Assembly: GCA_964016885.1 (NCBI GenBank)
Contig: OZ024740.1
Span: 251,472,001 to 251,536,000, forward strand
Direction of reading: 5' to 3'
From: Eledone cirrhosa
Lineage: Eukaryota
Length of the DNA stretch: 64,000 bases
Shown one piece after another: positions 8,801-22,400 of the stretch. Numbering within the stretch: position 1 is the stretch's first letter; every line of letters begins with the position of its first letter. The position numbers were made by a program, and so were the translations under genes. The notes beneath the pieces were generated by a model. It did no database searches. It saw nothing but the letters and a program-made list of their open reading frames with translations, and was not told where the DNA came from.

Positions 8801-11800
8801 TGGAAATTATCTCCCCTTGATTTTTTTTACAAATTATCTCCCCCTGATTTTTTATTACAAATTATCTCCCCCTGATTTTTTTTTACAAATTATCTCCCCC
8901 TGATTTTTTTTTTACAAATTATCTCCGCTTGATTATTTAAAAAAAATTATCTCCCCTTGGACGGCTGGAAATTATCTCCCCGTGGACGGCTGGAAATTAT
9001 CTCCCCTTGGACGGCTAGAAATTATCTCTCCTTGGACGGCTGAAAATTATCTCCCCTTGGACGGCTGCAAATTATCTCCCCTTGATTTTTTTTACAAATT
9101 ATCTCCCCCTGATTTTTTTTTACAAATTATCTCCCCCTGATTTTTTTTACAAATTATCTACCCCTGATTTTTTTTACAAATTATCTCTCCCTGATTTTTT
9201 TTACAAATTATCTCCCTCTGATTTTTTTTTACAAATTATCTCCCCCTGATTTTTTTTTTACAAATTATCTCCCCCTGATTTTTTTACAAATTATCTCCCC
9301 CTGATTTTTTTTACAATCTCCGCCTGATTTTTTAAAAAATTATCTTCCCTTGGCTGGCGGGAAATTATCTCCCCTTGGACGGCTGGAAATTATCTCCCCT
9401 TGGACGGCTAGAAATTATCTCTCTTTGGACGGCTGGAAATTATCTCCCCTTGATTTTTTTTACAAATTATCTCCCCCTGATTTTTTTTACAAATTATCCC
9501 CGCATGATTTAAAAAAAAAAAATTATCTCCCCTTCGCTGGCTGGAAATTATCTCCCCTTGGACGCTGGAAATTATAGCCCCTTGGAGGGCTGGAAATTAT
9601 CTTCCCTTGGACGGCTGGAAATTATCTCCCCTTGATTTTTTTTACAAATTATCTCCCCCTGATTTTTTTTTACAAATTATCTCCCCCTGATTTTTTTTTA
9701 CAAATTATCTCCCCCTGATTTTTTTTTTACAAATTATCTCCGCTTGATTTTCTAAAAAAAATTATCTCCCCTTGGACGGCTGGAAATTATCTCCCCTTGG
9801 ACGGCTGGAAATTATCTCCCCTTGGACGGCTAGAAATTATCTCTCCTTGGACGGCTGAAAATTATCTCCCCCTGATTTTTTTACAAATTATCTCCCCCTG
9901 ATTTTTTTTACAAATTATCTCCCCCTGATTTTTTTTACAAATTATCTCCCCTTGATTTTTTTTTACAAATTATCTCCCCCTGATTTTTTTTTTACAAATT
10001 ATCTCCCCCTGATTTTTTTTTAAATTATCTTCCCTTGGCTGGCGGGAAATTATCTCCCCTTGGACGGCTGAAAATTATCTCCCATTGGACGGCTGCAAAT
10101 TATCTCCCCTTGATTTTTTTTACAAATTATCTCCCCCTGATTTTTTTTACAAATTATCTCCCCCTGATTTTTTTTACAAATTATCTCCCCCTGATTTTTT
10201 TTACAAATTATCTCCCCCTGATTTTTAAAAAAAAAATTATCTCCTCTTCGCTGGCTGGAAATTATCTCCCCTTGGACGCTGGAAATTATAGCCCCTTGGA
10301 GGGCTGGAAATTATCTTCCCTTGGACGGCTGGAAATTATCTTCCCTTGGACGGCTGGAAATTATCTCCCCTTGATTTTTTTTACAAATTATCTCCCCCTG
10401 ATTTTTTTTACAAATTATCTCCCCTGATTTTTTTTTACAAATTATCTCCCCCTGATTTTTTTTTACAAATTATCTCCCCCTGATTTTTTTTACAAATTAT
10501 CTCCCCCTGATTTTTTTACAAATTATCTCCCCTTGGCTGGCTGGAAATTATCTCCCCTTGGAGGCAGGAATTTATCTCCCCTTGGACGGCTAGAAATTAC
10601 CTCTCCTTGGACGGCTGGAAAATATGTCTCCTTGGACGGCTGGAAATTATCTCCACTTGGACGGCTGGAAATTATCTCCCCTTGGACGGCTGGAAATTAT
10701 CTCCCCTTGGACGGCTAGAAATTACCTCTCCTTGGACGGCTGAAAATTATCTCCCCTTGGACGGCTGGGAATTATCTCCCCTTGATTTTTTTACAAATTA
10801 TCTCACCCTGATTTTTTTTTACAAATTATCTCCCCCTGATTTTTTTTACAAATTATCTCCCCCTGATTTTTTTTACAAATTATCTCCCCCTGATTTTTTT
10901 TACAAATTATCTCCGCCTGATTTTTTTAAATATTATCTCTCCTTGGCTGGCGGGAAATTATCTCCCCTTGGACGGCTGCAAATTATCTCCGCTTGATTTT
11001 TTTTACAAATTATCTCCCCCTGATTTTTTTTTACAAATTATCTCCCCCTGATTTTTTTTGCAAATTATCTCCCCTGATTTTTTTTTACAAATTATCTCCC
11101 CCTGATTTTTTTTTACAAATTATCTCCCCCTGATTTTTTTTTTACAAATTATCTCCCCCTGATTTTTTTACAAATTATCTCCCCCTGATTTTTTTTACAA
11201 TCTCCGCCTGATTTTTTTAAAAATTATCTTCCCTTGGCTGGCGGGAAATTATCTCCCCTTGGACGGCTGGAAATTATCTCCCCTTGGAAGGATGGAAATT
11301 ATCTCCCCTTGGACGGCTGGAAATTATCTCCCCTTGCACGGCTGGAAATTATCTCCCCTTGGCTGGAAATTATCTCCCCTTGGACGGCTAGAAATTATCT
11401 CTCTTTGGATGGCTGGAAATTATCTCTCTTTGATTTTTTTTACAAATTATCTCCCTCTGATTTTTTTTACAAATCTCCCCCTAATTTTTTTTTACAAATT
11501 ATCTCCCCCTGATTTTTTTTACAAACTATCTCCCCCTGATTTTTTTACAAATTATCTCCCCTTGGCTGGCTGGAAATTATCTCCCCTTGGAGGCTGGAAT
11601 TTATCTCCCCTTGGACGGCTAGAAATTACCTCTCCTTGGACGGCTGGAAAATATGTCTCCTTGGACGGCTGGAAATTATCTCCCCTTGGACGGCTGGAAA
11701 TTACCTCTCCTTGGACGGCTGAAAATTATCTCCCCTTGGACGGCTGGAAATTATCTCCCCTTGATTTTTTTACAAATTATCTCCCCCTGATTTTTTTTTT

Positions 11801-12389
11801 ACAAATTATCTCCCCCTGATTTTTTTTACAAATTATCTACGCCTGATTTTTTTAAATATTATCTCTCCTTGGCTGGCGGGAAATTATCTCCCCTTGGAAG
11901 GATGGAAATTATCTCCCCTTGGACGGCTGGAAATTATCTCCCCTTGGACGGCTAGAAATTATCTCTCCTTGGACGGCTGAAAATTATCTCCCCTTGGACG
12001 GCTGCAAATTATCTCCCCTTGATTTTTTTTACAAATTATCTCCCCCTGATTTTTTTTTACAAATTATCTCCCCCTGATTTTTTTTACAAATTATCTCCCC
12101 CTGATTTTTTTTTACAAATTATCTCCCCCTGATTTTTTTTTACAAATTATCTACCCCTGATTTTTTTACAAATTATCTCCCCCTGATTTTTTTTACAAAT
12201 TATCTCCCCCTGATTTTTCTTTTACAAATTATCTCCCCCTGATTTTTTTACAAATTATCTCCCCCTGATTTTTTTTACAAATTATCTCCGCCTGATTTTT
12301 TTAAATATTATCTTCCCTTGGACGGCTGGAAATTATCTCCCCTTGGCTGGAAATTATCTCCCCTTGGACGGCTAGAAATTATCTCTCTT

Positions 12390-15300
12390 TGGACGGCTGG
12401 AAATTATCTCCCCTTGATTTTTTTTACAAATTATCTCCCCCTGATTTTTTTTACAAATCTCCCAGTGATTTTTAAAAAAAAATTATCTCCCCTTCGCTGG
12501 CTGGAAATTATCTCCCCTTGGACGCTGGAAATTATAGCCCCTTGGAGGGCTGGAAATTATCTTCCCTTGGACGGCTGGAAATTATCTTCTCTTGATTTTT
12601 TTTACAAATTATCTCCCCCTGATTTTTTTTTACAAATTATCTCCCCCTGATTTTGTTTTACAAATTATCTCCGCCTGATTTTTTAAAAAAAATTATCTCC
12701 CCTTGGACGGCTGGAAATTACCTCCCCTTGGACGGCTGGAAATTATCTCTCCTTGGACGGCTAGAAATTACCTATCCTTGGACGGATGAAAATTATCTCC
12801 CCTTGGACGGCTGGAAATTAACTCCCCTTGATTTTTTTTACAAATTATCTCCCCCTGATTTTTTTTACAAATTATCTCCCCCTGATTTTTTTTTACAAAT
12901 TATCTCCCCCTGATTTTTTTTTACAAATTATCTCCCCCTGATTTTTTTTACAAATTATCTCCCCCTGATTTTTTTACAAATTATCTCCCCTTGGCTGGCT
13001 GGAAATTATCTCCCCTTGGAGGCTGGAATTTATCTCCCCTTGGACGGCTAGAAATTACCTCTCCTTGGACGGCTGGAAAATATGTCTCCTTGGACGGCTG
13101 GAAATTATCTCCCCTTGGACGGCTGGAAATTATCTCCCCTTGGACGGCTGGAAATTATCTGCCCTTGGATGGCTAGATATTACCTCCCCTTGGACGGCTG
13201 GAAATTATCTCCCCTTGATTTTTTTTACAAATTATCTCCCCCTGATTTTTTTTTACAAATTATCTCCCCCTGATTTTTTTTTACAAATTATCTCCCCCTG
13301 ATTTTTGTTTACAAATTATCTCCGCCTGATTTTTTTTTAAAAATTATCTCCCGTTGGACGGCTGGAAATTATCTCCCCTTGGACGGCTGGAAATTATCTC
13401 CCCTTGGACGGCTAGAAATTACCTCTCCTTGGACGGCTGAAAATTATCTCCCCTTGGACGGCTGGAAATTATCTCCCCTTGATTTTTTTTACAAATTATC
13501 TCCCCCTGATTTTTTTTTACAAATTATCTCCCCCTGATTTTTTTTACAAATTATCTCCCCCTGATTTTTTTTACAAATTATCTCCCCCTGATTTTTTTTA
13601 CAGATTATCTCCGCCTGATTTTTTTAAATATTATCTCTCCTTGGCTGGCGGGAAATTATCTCCCCTTGGACGGCTGGAAATTATCTCCCCTTGATTTTCT
13701 TTTTACAAATTATCTCCCCCTGATTTTTCTTTTACAAATTATCTCCCCCTGATTTTTTTACAAATTATCTCCGCCTGATTTTTTTAAATATTATCTTCCC
13801 TTGGCTGGCGGGAAATGATCTCCCCTTGGACGGCTGGAAATTATCTGCCCTTGATTTTCTTTTTACAAATTATCTTCCACTGATTTTTTTTACAAATTAT
13901 CTCCACCTGATTTTTTAAAAAATTATCTCCCCTTGGAAGGCTGGAAATTATCTCCCCTTGGACGGCTAGAAATTATCTCTCTTTGGAAGGCTGGAAATTA
14001 TCTCCCCTTGATTTTTTTTACAAATTATCTCCCCCTGATTTTTTTTACAAATATCCCAGTGATTTTTTTAAAAAAATTATCTCCCCTTCGCTGGCTGGAA
14101 ATTATCTCCCCTTGGACGCTGGAAATTATAGCCCCTTGGAGGGCTGGAAATTATCTTCCCTTGGACGGCTGGAAATTATCTCCCCTTGATTTTTTTTACA
14201 AATTATCTCCCCCTGATTTTTTTTTACAAATTATCTCCCCCTGATTTTTTTTTACAACTTATCTCCGCCTGATTTTTTTAAAAAAATCATCTCCCCTTGG
14301 ACGGCTGGAAATTATCTCCCCTGGGACGGCTGGAAATTATCTCTCCTTGGACGGCTAGAAATTACCTCTCCTTGGACAATTGAAAATTATCTCCCCTTGG
14401 ACGGCTGGAAATTATCTCCCCTAGATTTTTTTTACAAATTATCTCCCCCTGATTTTTTTTACAAATCTCCCAGTGATTTTTTAAAAAAAATTATCTCCCC
14501 TTCGCTGGCTGGAAATTATCTCCCCTTGGACGCTGGAAATTATAGCCCCTTGGAGGGCTGGAAATTATCTTCCCTTGGACGGCTGGAAATTATCTTCTCT
14601 TGATTTTTTTTACAAATTATCTCCCCCTGATTTTTTTTTACAAATTATCTCCCCCTGATTTTGTTTTACAAATTATCTCCGCCTGATTTTTTAAAAAAAA
14701 TTATCTCCCCTTGGACGGCTGGAAATTACCTCCCCTTGGACGGCTGGAAATTATCTCTCCTTGGACGGCTAGAAATTACCTATCCTTGGACGGATGAAAA
14801 TTATCTCCCCTTGGACGGCTGGAAATTAACTCCCCTTGATTTTTTTTACAAATTATCTCCCCCTGATTTTTTTTACAAATTATCTCCCCCTGATTTTTTT
14901 TTACAAATTATCTCCCCCTGATTTTTTTTTACAAATTATCTCCCCCTGATTTTTTTTACAAATTATCTCCCCCTGATTTTTTTACAAATTATCTCCCCTT
15001 GGCTGGCTGGAAATTATCTCCCCTTGGAGGCTGGAATTTATCTCCCCTTGGACGGCTAGAAATTACCTCTCCTTGGACGGCTGGAAAATATGTCTCCTTG
15101 GACGGCTGGAAATTATCTCCCCTTGGACGGCTGGAAATTATCTCCCCTTGGACGGCTGGAAATTATCTGCCCTTGGATGGCTAGATATTACCTCCCCTTG
15201 GACGGCTGGAAATTATCTCCCCTTGATTTTTTTTACAAATTATCTCCCCCTGATTTTTTTTTACAAATTATCTCCCCCTGATTTTTTTTTACAAATTATC

Positions 15301-16470
15301 TCCCCCTGATTTTTGTTTACAAATTATCTCCGCCTGATTTTTTTTTAAAAATTATCTCCCGTTGGACGGCTGGAAATTATCTCCCCTTGGACGGCTGGAA
15401 ATTATCTCCCCTTGGACGGCTAGAAATTACCTCTCCTTGGACGGCTGAAAATTATCTCCCCTTGGACGGCTGGAAATTATCTCCCCTTGATTTTTTTTAC
15501 AAATTATCTCCCCCTGATTTTTTTTTACAAATTATCTCCCCCTGATTTTTTTTACAAATTATCTCCCCCTGATTTTTTTTACAAATTATCTCCCCCTGAT
15601 TTTTTTTACAGATTATCTCCGCCTGATTTTTTTAAATATTATCTCTCCTTGGCTGGCGGGAAATTATCTCCCCTTGGACGGCTGGAAATTATCTCCCCTT
15701 GATTTTCTTTTTACAAATTATCTCCCCCTGATTTTTCTTTTACAAATTATCTCCCCCTGATTTTTTTACAAATTATCTCCGCCTGATTTTTTTAAATATT
15801 ATCTTCCCTTGGCTGGCGGGAAATGATCTCCCCTTGGACGGCTGGAAATTATCTGCCCTTGATTTTCTTTTTACAAATTATCTTCCACTGATTTTTTTTT
15901 ACAAATTATCTCCACCTGATTTTTTAAAAAATTATCTCCCCTTGGAAGGCTGGAAATTATCTCCCCTTGGACGGCTAGAAATTATCTCTCTTTGGAAGGC
16001 TGGAAATTATCTCCCCTTGATTTTTTTTACAAATTATCTCCCCCTGATTTTTTTTACAAATATCCCAGTGATTTTTTTAAAAAAATTATCTCCCCTTCGC
16101 TGGCTGGAAATTATCTCCCCTTGGACGCTGGAAATTATAGCCCCTTGGAGGGCTGGAAATTATCTTCCCTTGGACGGCTGGAAATTATCTCCCCTTGATT
16201 TTTTTTACAAATTATCTCCCCCTGATTTTTTTTTACAAATTATCTCCCCCTGATTTTTTTTTACAACTTATCTCCGCCTGATTTTTTTAAAAAAATCATC
16301 TCCCCTTGGACGGCTGGAAATTATCTCCCCTGGGACGGCTGGAAATTATCTCTCCTTGGACGGCTAGAAATTACCTCTCCTTGGACAATTGAAAATTATC
16401 TCCCCTTGGACGGCTGGAAATTATCTCCCCTTGATTTTTTTTACAAATTATCTCCCCCTGATTTTTTTTA
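12390..16470 (+). repeat. 2,008-bp tandem duplication (about 12390-14397 and 14398-16406)
   Basis: ORF pairs 12653/14661, 12991/14999, 13065/15073, 13479/15487 (offset 2008) and 13983/15992 (2009). Shared private variants include GACGGATGAAAA, AAATTAACTCCCC, GGATGGCTAGATATTACC, ACAGATTATC, GGAAATGATC and CCCCTGGGACGG. Confidence 0.93.
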
Positions 16471-19400
16471 CAAATTATCTCCCCTGATTTTTTTTTACAA
16501 ATTATCTCCCCCTGATTTTTTTTTACAAATTATCTCCCCCTGATTTTTTTTACAAATTATCTCCCCCTGATTTTTTTACAAATTATCTCCCCTTGGCTGG
16601 CTGGAAATTATCTCCCCTTGGAGGCAGGAATTTATCTCCCCTTGGACGGCTAGAAATTACCTCTCCTTGGACGGCTGGAAAATATGGTTCCTTGGACGGC
16701 TGGAAATTATCTCCCCTTGGACGGCTGGAAATTATCTCCCCTTGGACGGCTGGAAATTATCTCCCCTTGGACGGCTAGAAATTACCTCTCCTTGGACAAT
16801 TGAAAATTATCTCCCCTTGGACGGCTGGAAATTATCTCCCCTTGATTTTTTTTACAAATTATCTCCCCCTGATTTTTTTTTACAAATTATCTCCCCCTGA
16901 TTTTTTTTACAAATTATCTCCCCTGATTTTTTTTTACAAATTATCTCCCCCTGATTTTTTTTTACAAATTATCTCCCCCTGATTTTTTTTTTACAAATTA
17001 TCTCCCCCTGATTTTTTTACAAATTATCTCCCCCTGATTTTTTTTACAATCTCCGCCTGATTTTTTTAAAAATTATCTTCCCTTGGCTGGCGGGAAATTA
17101 TCTCCCCTTGGACGGCTGGAAATTATCTCCCCTTGGAAGAATGGAAATTATCTCCCCTTGGACGGCTGGAAATTATCTCCCCTTGCACGGCTGGAAATTA
17201 TCTCCCCTTGGCTGGAAATTATCTCCCCTTGGACGGCTAGAAATTATCTCTCTTTGGATGGCTGGAAATTATCTCCCTTTGATTTTTTTTACAAATTATC
17301 TCCCTCTGATTTTTTTTACAAATCTCCCCCTGATTTTTTTTTACAAATTATCTCCCCCTGATTTTTTTTACAAACTATCTCCCCCTGATTTTTTTACAAA
17401 TTATCTCCCCTTGGCTGGCTGGAAATTATCTCCCCTTGGAGGCTGGAATTTATCTCCCCTTGGACGGCTAGAAATTACCTCTCCTTGGACGGCTGGAAAA
17501 TATGTCTCCTTGGACGGCTGGAAATTATCTCCCCTTGGACGGCTGGAAATTACCTCTCCTTGGACGGCTGAAAATTATCTCCCCTTGGACGGCTGGAAAT
17601 TATCTCCCCTTGATTTTTTTACAAATTATCTCCCCCTGATTTTTTTTTTACAAATTATCTCCCCCTGATTTTTTTTACAAATTATCTACGCCTGATTTTT
17701 TTAAATATTATCTCTCCTTGGCTGGCGGGAAATTATCTCCCCTTGGAAGGATGGAAATTATCTCCCCTTGGACGGCTGGAAATTATCTCCCCTTGCACTG
17801 CTGGAAATTATCTCCCCTTGGACGGCTGGAAATTATCTGCCCTTGATTTTGTTTTTACAAATTATCTTCCCCTGATTATTTTTACAAATTATCTCCACCT
17901 GATTTTTTAAAAAATTATCTCCCCTTGGACGGCTGGAAATTATCTCCCCTTGGCTGGAAATTATCTCCCCTTGGACGGCTAGAAATTATCTCTCTTTGGA
18001 CGGCTGGAAATTATCTCCCCTTGATTTTTTTTACAAATTATCTCCCCCTGATTTTTTTTACAAATTATCCCCCCATGATTTTTAAAAAAAAAATTATCTC
18101 CCCTTCGCTGGCTGGAAATTATCTCCCCTTGGACGCTGGAAATTATAGCCCCTTGGAGGGCTGGAAATTATCTTCCCTTGGACGGCTGGAAATTATCTCC
18201 CCTTGATTTTTTTTACAAATTATCTCCCCCTGATTTTTTTTTACAAATTATCTCCCCCTAATTTTTTTAAAAAAATTATCTCCCCTTGGACGGCTGGAAA
18301 TTATCTCCCCTTGGACGGCTGGAAATTATCTCCCCTTGGACGGCTAGAAATTACCTCTCCTTGGACGGCTGAAAATTATCTCCCCTTGGACGGCTGCAAA
18401 TTATCTCCCCTTGATTTTTTTTACAAATTATCCCCCCATGATTTAAAAAAAAAAAATTATCTCCCCTTCGCTGGCTGGAAATTATCTCCCCTTGGACGCT
18501 GGAAATTATAGCCCCTTGGAGGGCTGGAAATTATCTTCCCTTCGACGGCTGGAAATTATCTCCCCTTGATTTTTTTTACAAATTATCTCCCCCTGATTTT
18601 TTTTTACAAATTATCTCCCACTGATTTTTTTTTACAAATTATCTCCCCCTGATTTTTTTTTTACAAATTATCTCCGCCTGATTTTTTAAAAAAAATTATC
18701 TCCCCTTGGACGGCTGGAAATTATCTCCCCTTGGACGGCTGGAAATTATCTCCCCTTGGACGGCTAGAAATTACCTCTCCTTGGACGGCTGAAAATTATC
18801 TCCCCTTGGACGGCTGCAAATTATCTCCCCTTGATTTTTTTTACAAATTATCTCCCCCTGATTTTTTTTACAAATTATCTCCCCCTGATTTTTTTTACAA
18901 ATTATCTCCCCCTGATTTTTTTTTACAAATTATCTCCCCCTGATTTTTTTTTACAAATTATCTCCCCCTGATTTTTTTTACAAATTATCTCCCCCTGATT
19001 TTTTTTACAATCTCCGCCTGATTTTTTAAAAAATTATCTTCCCTTGGCTGGCGGGAAATTATCTCCCCTTGGACGGCTGGAAATTATCTCCCCTTGGACG
19101 GCTAGAAATTATCTCTCTTTGGACGGCTGGAAATTATCTCCCCTTGATTTTTTTTACAAATTATCTCCCCCTGATTTTTTTTACAAATTATCCCCGCATG
19201 ATTTTTAAAAAAAAAATTATCTCCCCTTCGCTGGCTGGAAATTATCTCCCCTTGGACGCTGGAAATTATAGCCCCTTGGAGGGCTGGAAATTATCTTCCC
19301 TTGGACGGCTGGAAATTATCTCCCCTTGATTTTTTTTACAAATTATCTCCCCCTGATTTTTTTTTACAAATTATCTCCCCCTGATTTTTTTTTACAAATT

Positions 19401-22400
19401 ATCTCCCCCTGATTTTTTTTTTACAAATTATCTCCGCCTGATTTTAAAAAAAAAATTATCTCCCCTTGGACGGCTGGAAATTATCTCCCCTTGGACGGCT
19501 GGAAATTATCTCCCCTTGGACGGCTAGAAATTACCTCTCCTTGGACGGCTGAAAATTATCTCCCATTGGACGGCTGCAAATTATCTCCCCTTGATTTTTT
19601 TTACAAATTATCTCCCCCTGATTTTTTTTACAAATTATCTCCCCCTGATTTTTTTTACAAATTATCTCCCCCTGATTTTTTTTTACAAATTATCTCCCCC
19701 TGATTTTTTTTTACAAATTATCTCCCCCTGATTTTTTTTACAAATTATCTCCCCCTGATTTTTTTTACAAATTATCTCCCCCTGATTTTTTTTTACAAAT
19801 TATCTCCCCTTGATTTTTTTTTACAAATTATCTCCCCCTGATTTTTTTTTTACAAATTATCTCCCCCTGATTTTTTTACAAATTATCTCCCCCTGATTTT
19901 TTTTACAAATTATCTCCCCCTGATTTTTTTTACAAATTATCTCCCCTTGATTTTTTTTTACAAATTATCTCCCCCTGATTTTTTTTTTACAAATTATCTC
20001 CCCCTGATTTTTTTTAAAATTATCTTCCCTTGGCTGGCGGGAAATTATCTCCCCTTGGACGGCTGGAAATTATCTCCCCTTGGAAGGATGTAAATTATCT
20101 CCCCTTGGACGGCTGGAAATTATCTCCCCTTGCACGGCTGGAAATTATCTCCCCTTGATTTTTTTTACAAATTATCTCCCCCTGATTTTTTTTTACAAAT
20201 TATCTCCCCCTGATTTTTTTTTACAAATTATCTCCCCCTGATTTTTTTTACAAATTATCTCCCCCTGATTTAAAAAAAAAAAATTATCTCCTCTTCGCTG
20301 GCTGGAAATTATCTCCCCTTGGACGCTGGAAATTATAGCCCCTTGGAGGGCTGGAAATTATCTTCCCTTGGACGGCTGGAAATTATCTTCCCTTGGACGG
20401 CTGGAAATTATCTCCCCTTGATTTTTTTTACAAATTATCTCCCCCTGATTTTTTTTTACAAATTATCTCCCCCTGATTTTTTTTTACAAATTATCTCCCC
20501 CTGATTTTTTTTTTACAAATTATCTCCGCTTGATTTTTAAAAAAAAATTATCTCCCCTTGGACGGCTGGAAATTATCTCCCCTTGGACGGCTGGAAATTA
20601 TCTCCCCTTGGACGGCTGCAAATTATCTCCCCTTGATTTTTTTTACAAATTATCTCCCCCTGATTTTTTTTTACAAATTATCTCCCCCTCATTTTTTTTA
20701 CAAATTATCTACCCCTGATTTTTTTTACAAATTATCTCCCCCTGATTTTTTTTTACAAATTATCTCCCTCTGATTTTTTTTTACAAATTATCTCCCCCTG
20801 ATTTTTTTTTTACAAATTATCTCCCCCTGATTTTTTTAAAAATTATCTCCCCCTGATTTTTTTACAATCTCCGCCTGATTTTTTTAAAAATTATCTTCCC
20901 TTGGCTGGCGGGAAATTATCTCCCCTTGGACGGCTGGAAATTATCTCCCCTTGGAAGGATGGAAATTATCTCCCCTTGGACGGCTGGAAATTATCTCCCC
21001 TTGCACGGCTGGAAATTATCTCCCCTTGGCTGGAAATTATCTCCCCTTGGACGGCTAGAAATTATCTCTCTTTGGACGGCTGGAAATTATGTCCCTTTGA
21101 TTTTTTTTATAAATTATCTACCTCTGATATTTTTTACAAATCTCCCCCTGATTTTTTAAAAAAAATTATCTCCCCTTCGCTGGCTGGAAATTATCTCCCC
21201 TTGGACACTGGAAATTATAGCCCCTTGGAGGGCTGGAAATTATCTTCCCTTGGACGGCTGGAAATTATCTCCCCTTGATTTTTTTTACAAATTATCTCCG
21301 CCTGATTTTTTTTAAAAATTATCTCTCCTTGGAAGGCTGGAAATTATCTCCCCTTGATTTTTTTTACAAGTTATCTCCCCCTGATTTTTTTTTACAAATT
21401 ATCTCCCCCTAATTTTTTTTTACAAATTATCTACCCCTGATTTTTTTTACAAATTATCTCCCCCTGATTTTTTTTACAAATTATCTCCCCCTGATTTTTC
21501 TTTTACAAATTATCTCCCCCTGATTTTTTTACAAATTATCTCCCCCTGATTTTTTTTACAAATTATCTCCGCCTGATTTTTTTAAATATTATCTTCCCTT
21601 GGCTGGCGGGAAATTATCTCCCCTTGGACGGCTGGAAATTATCTGCCCTTGATTTTGTTTTTACAAATTATCTTCCACTGATTTTTTTTACAAATTATCT
21701 CCACCTGATTTTTTAAAAAAATTATCTCCCCTTGGAAGGCTGGAAATTATCTCCCCTTGGACGGCTAGAAATTATCTCTCTTTGGACGGCTGGAAATTAT
21801 CTCCCCTTGATTTTTTTTACAAATTATCTCCCCCTGATTTTTTTTACAAATATCCCAGTGATTTTTTTTAAAAAATTATCTCCCCTTCGCTGGCTGGAAA
21901 TTATCTCCCCTTGGACGCTGGAAATTATAGCCCCTTGGAGGGCTGGAAATTATCTTCCCTTGGACGGCTGGAAATTATCTCCCCTTGATTTTTTTTACAA
22001 ATTATCTCCCCCTGATTTTTTTTTTCAAATTATCTCCCCCTGATTTTTTTTTACAAATTATCTCCCCCTGATTTTTTTTTTTACAACTTATCTCCGCCTG
22101 ATTTTTTTTAAAAAATCATCTCCCCTTGGACGGCTGGAAATTATCTCCCCTTGGACGGCTGGAAATTATCTCTCCTTGGACGGCTAGAAATTACCTCTCC
22201 TTGGACAATTGAAAATTATCTCCCCTTGGACGGCTGGAAATTATCTCCCCTTGATTTATTTTACAAATTATCTCCCCCTGATTTTTTTTACAAATTATCT
22301 CCCCTGATTTTTTTTTACAAATTATCTCCCCCTGATTTTTTTTTACAAATTATCTCCCCCTGATTTTTTTTACAAATTATCTCCCCCTGATTTTTTTACA

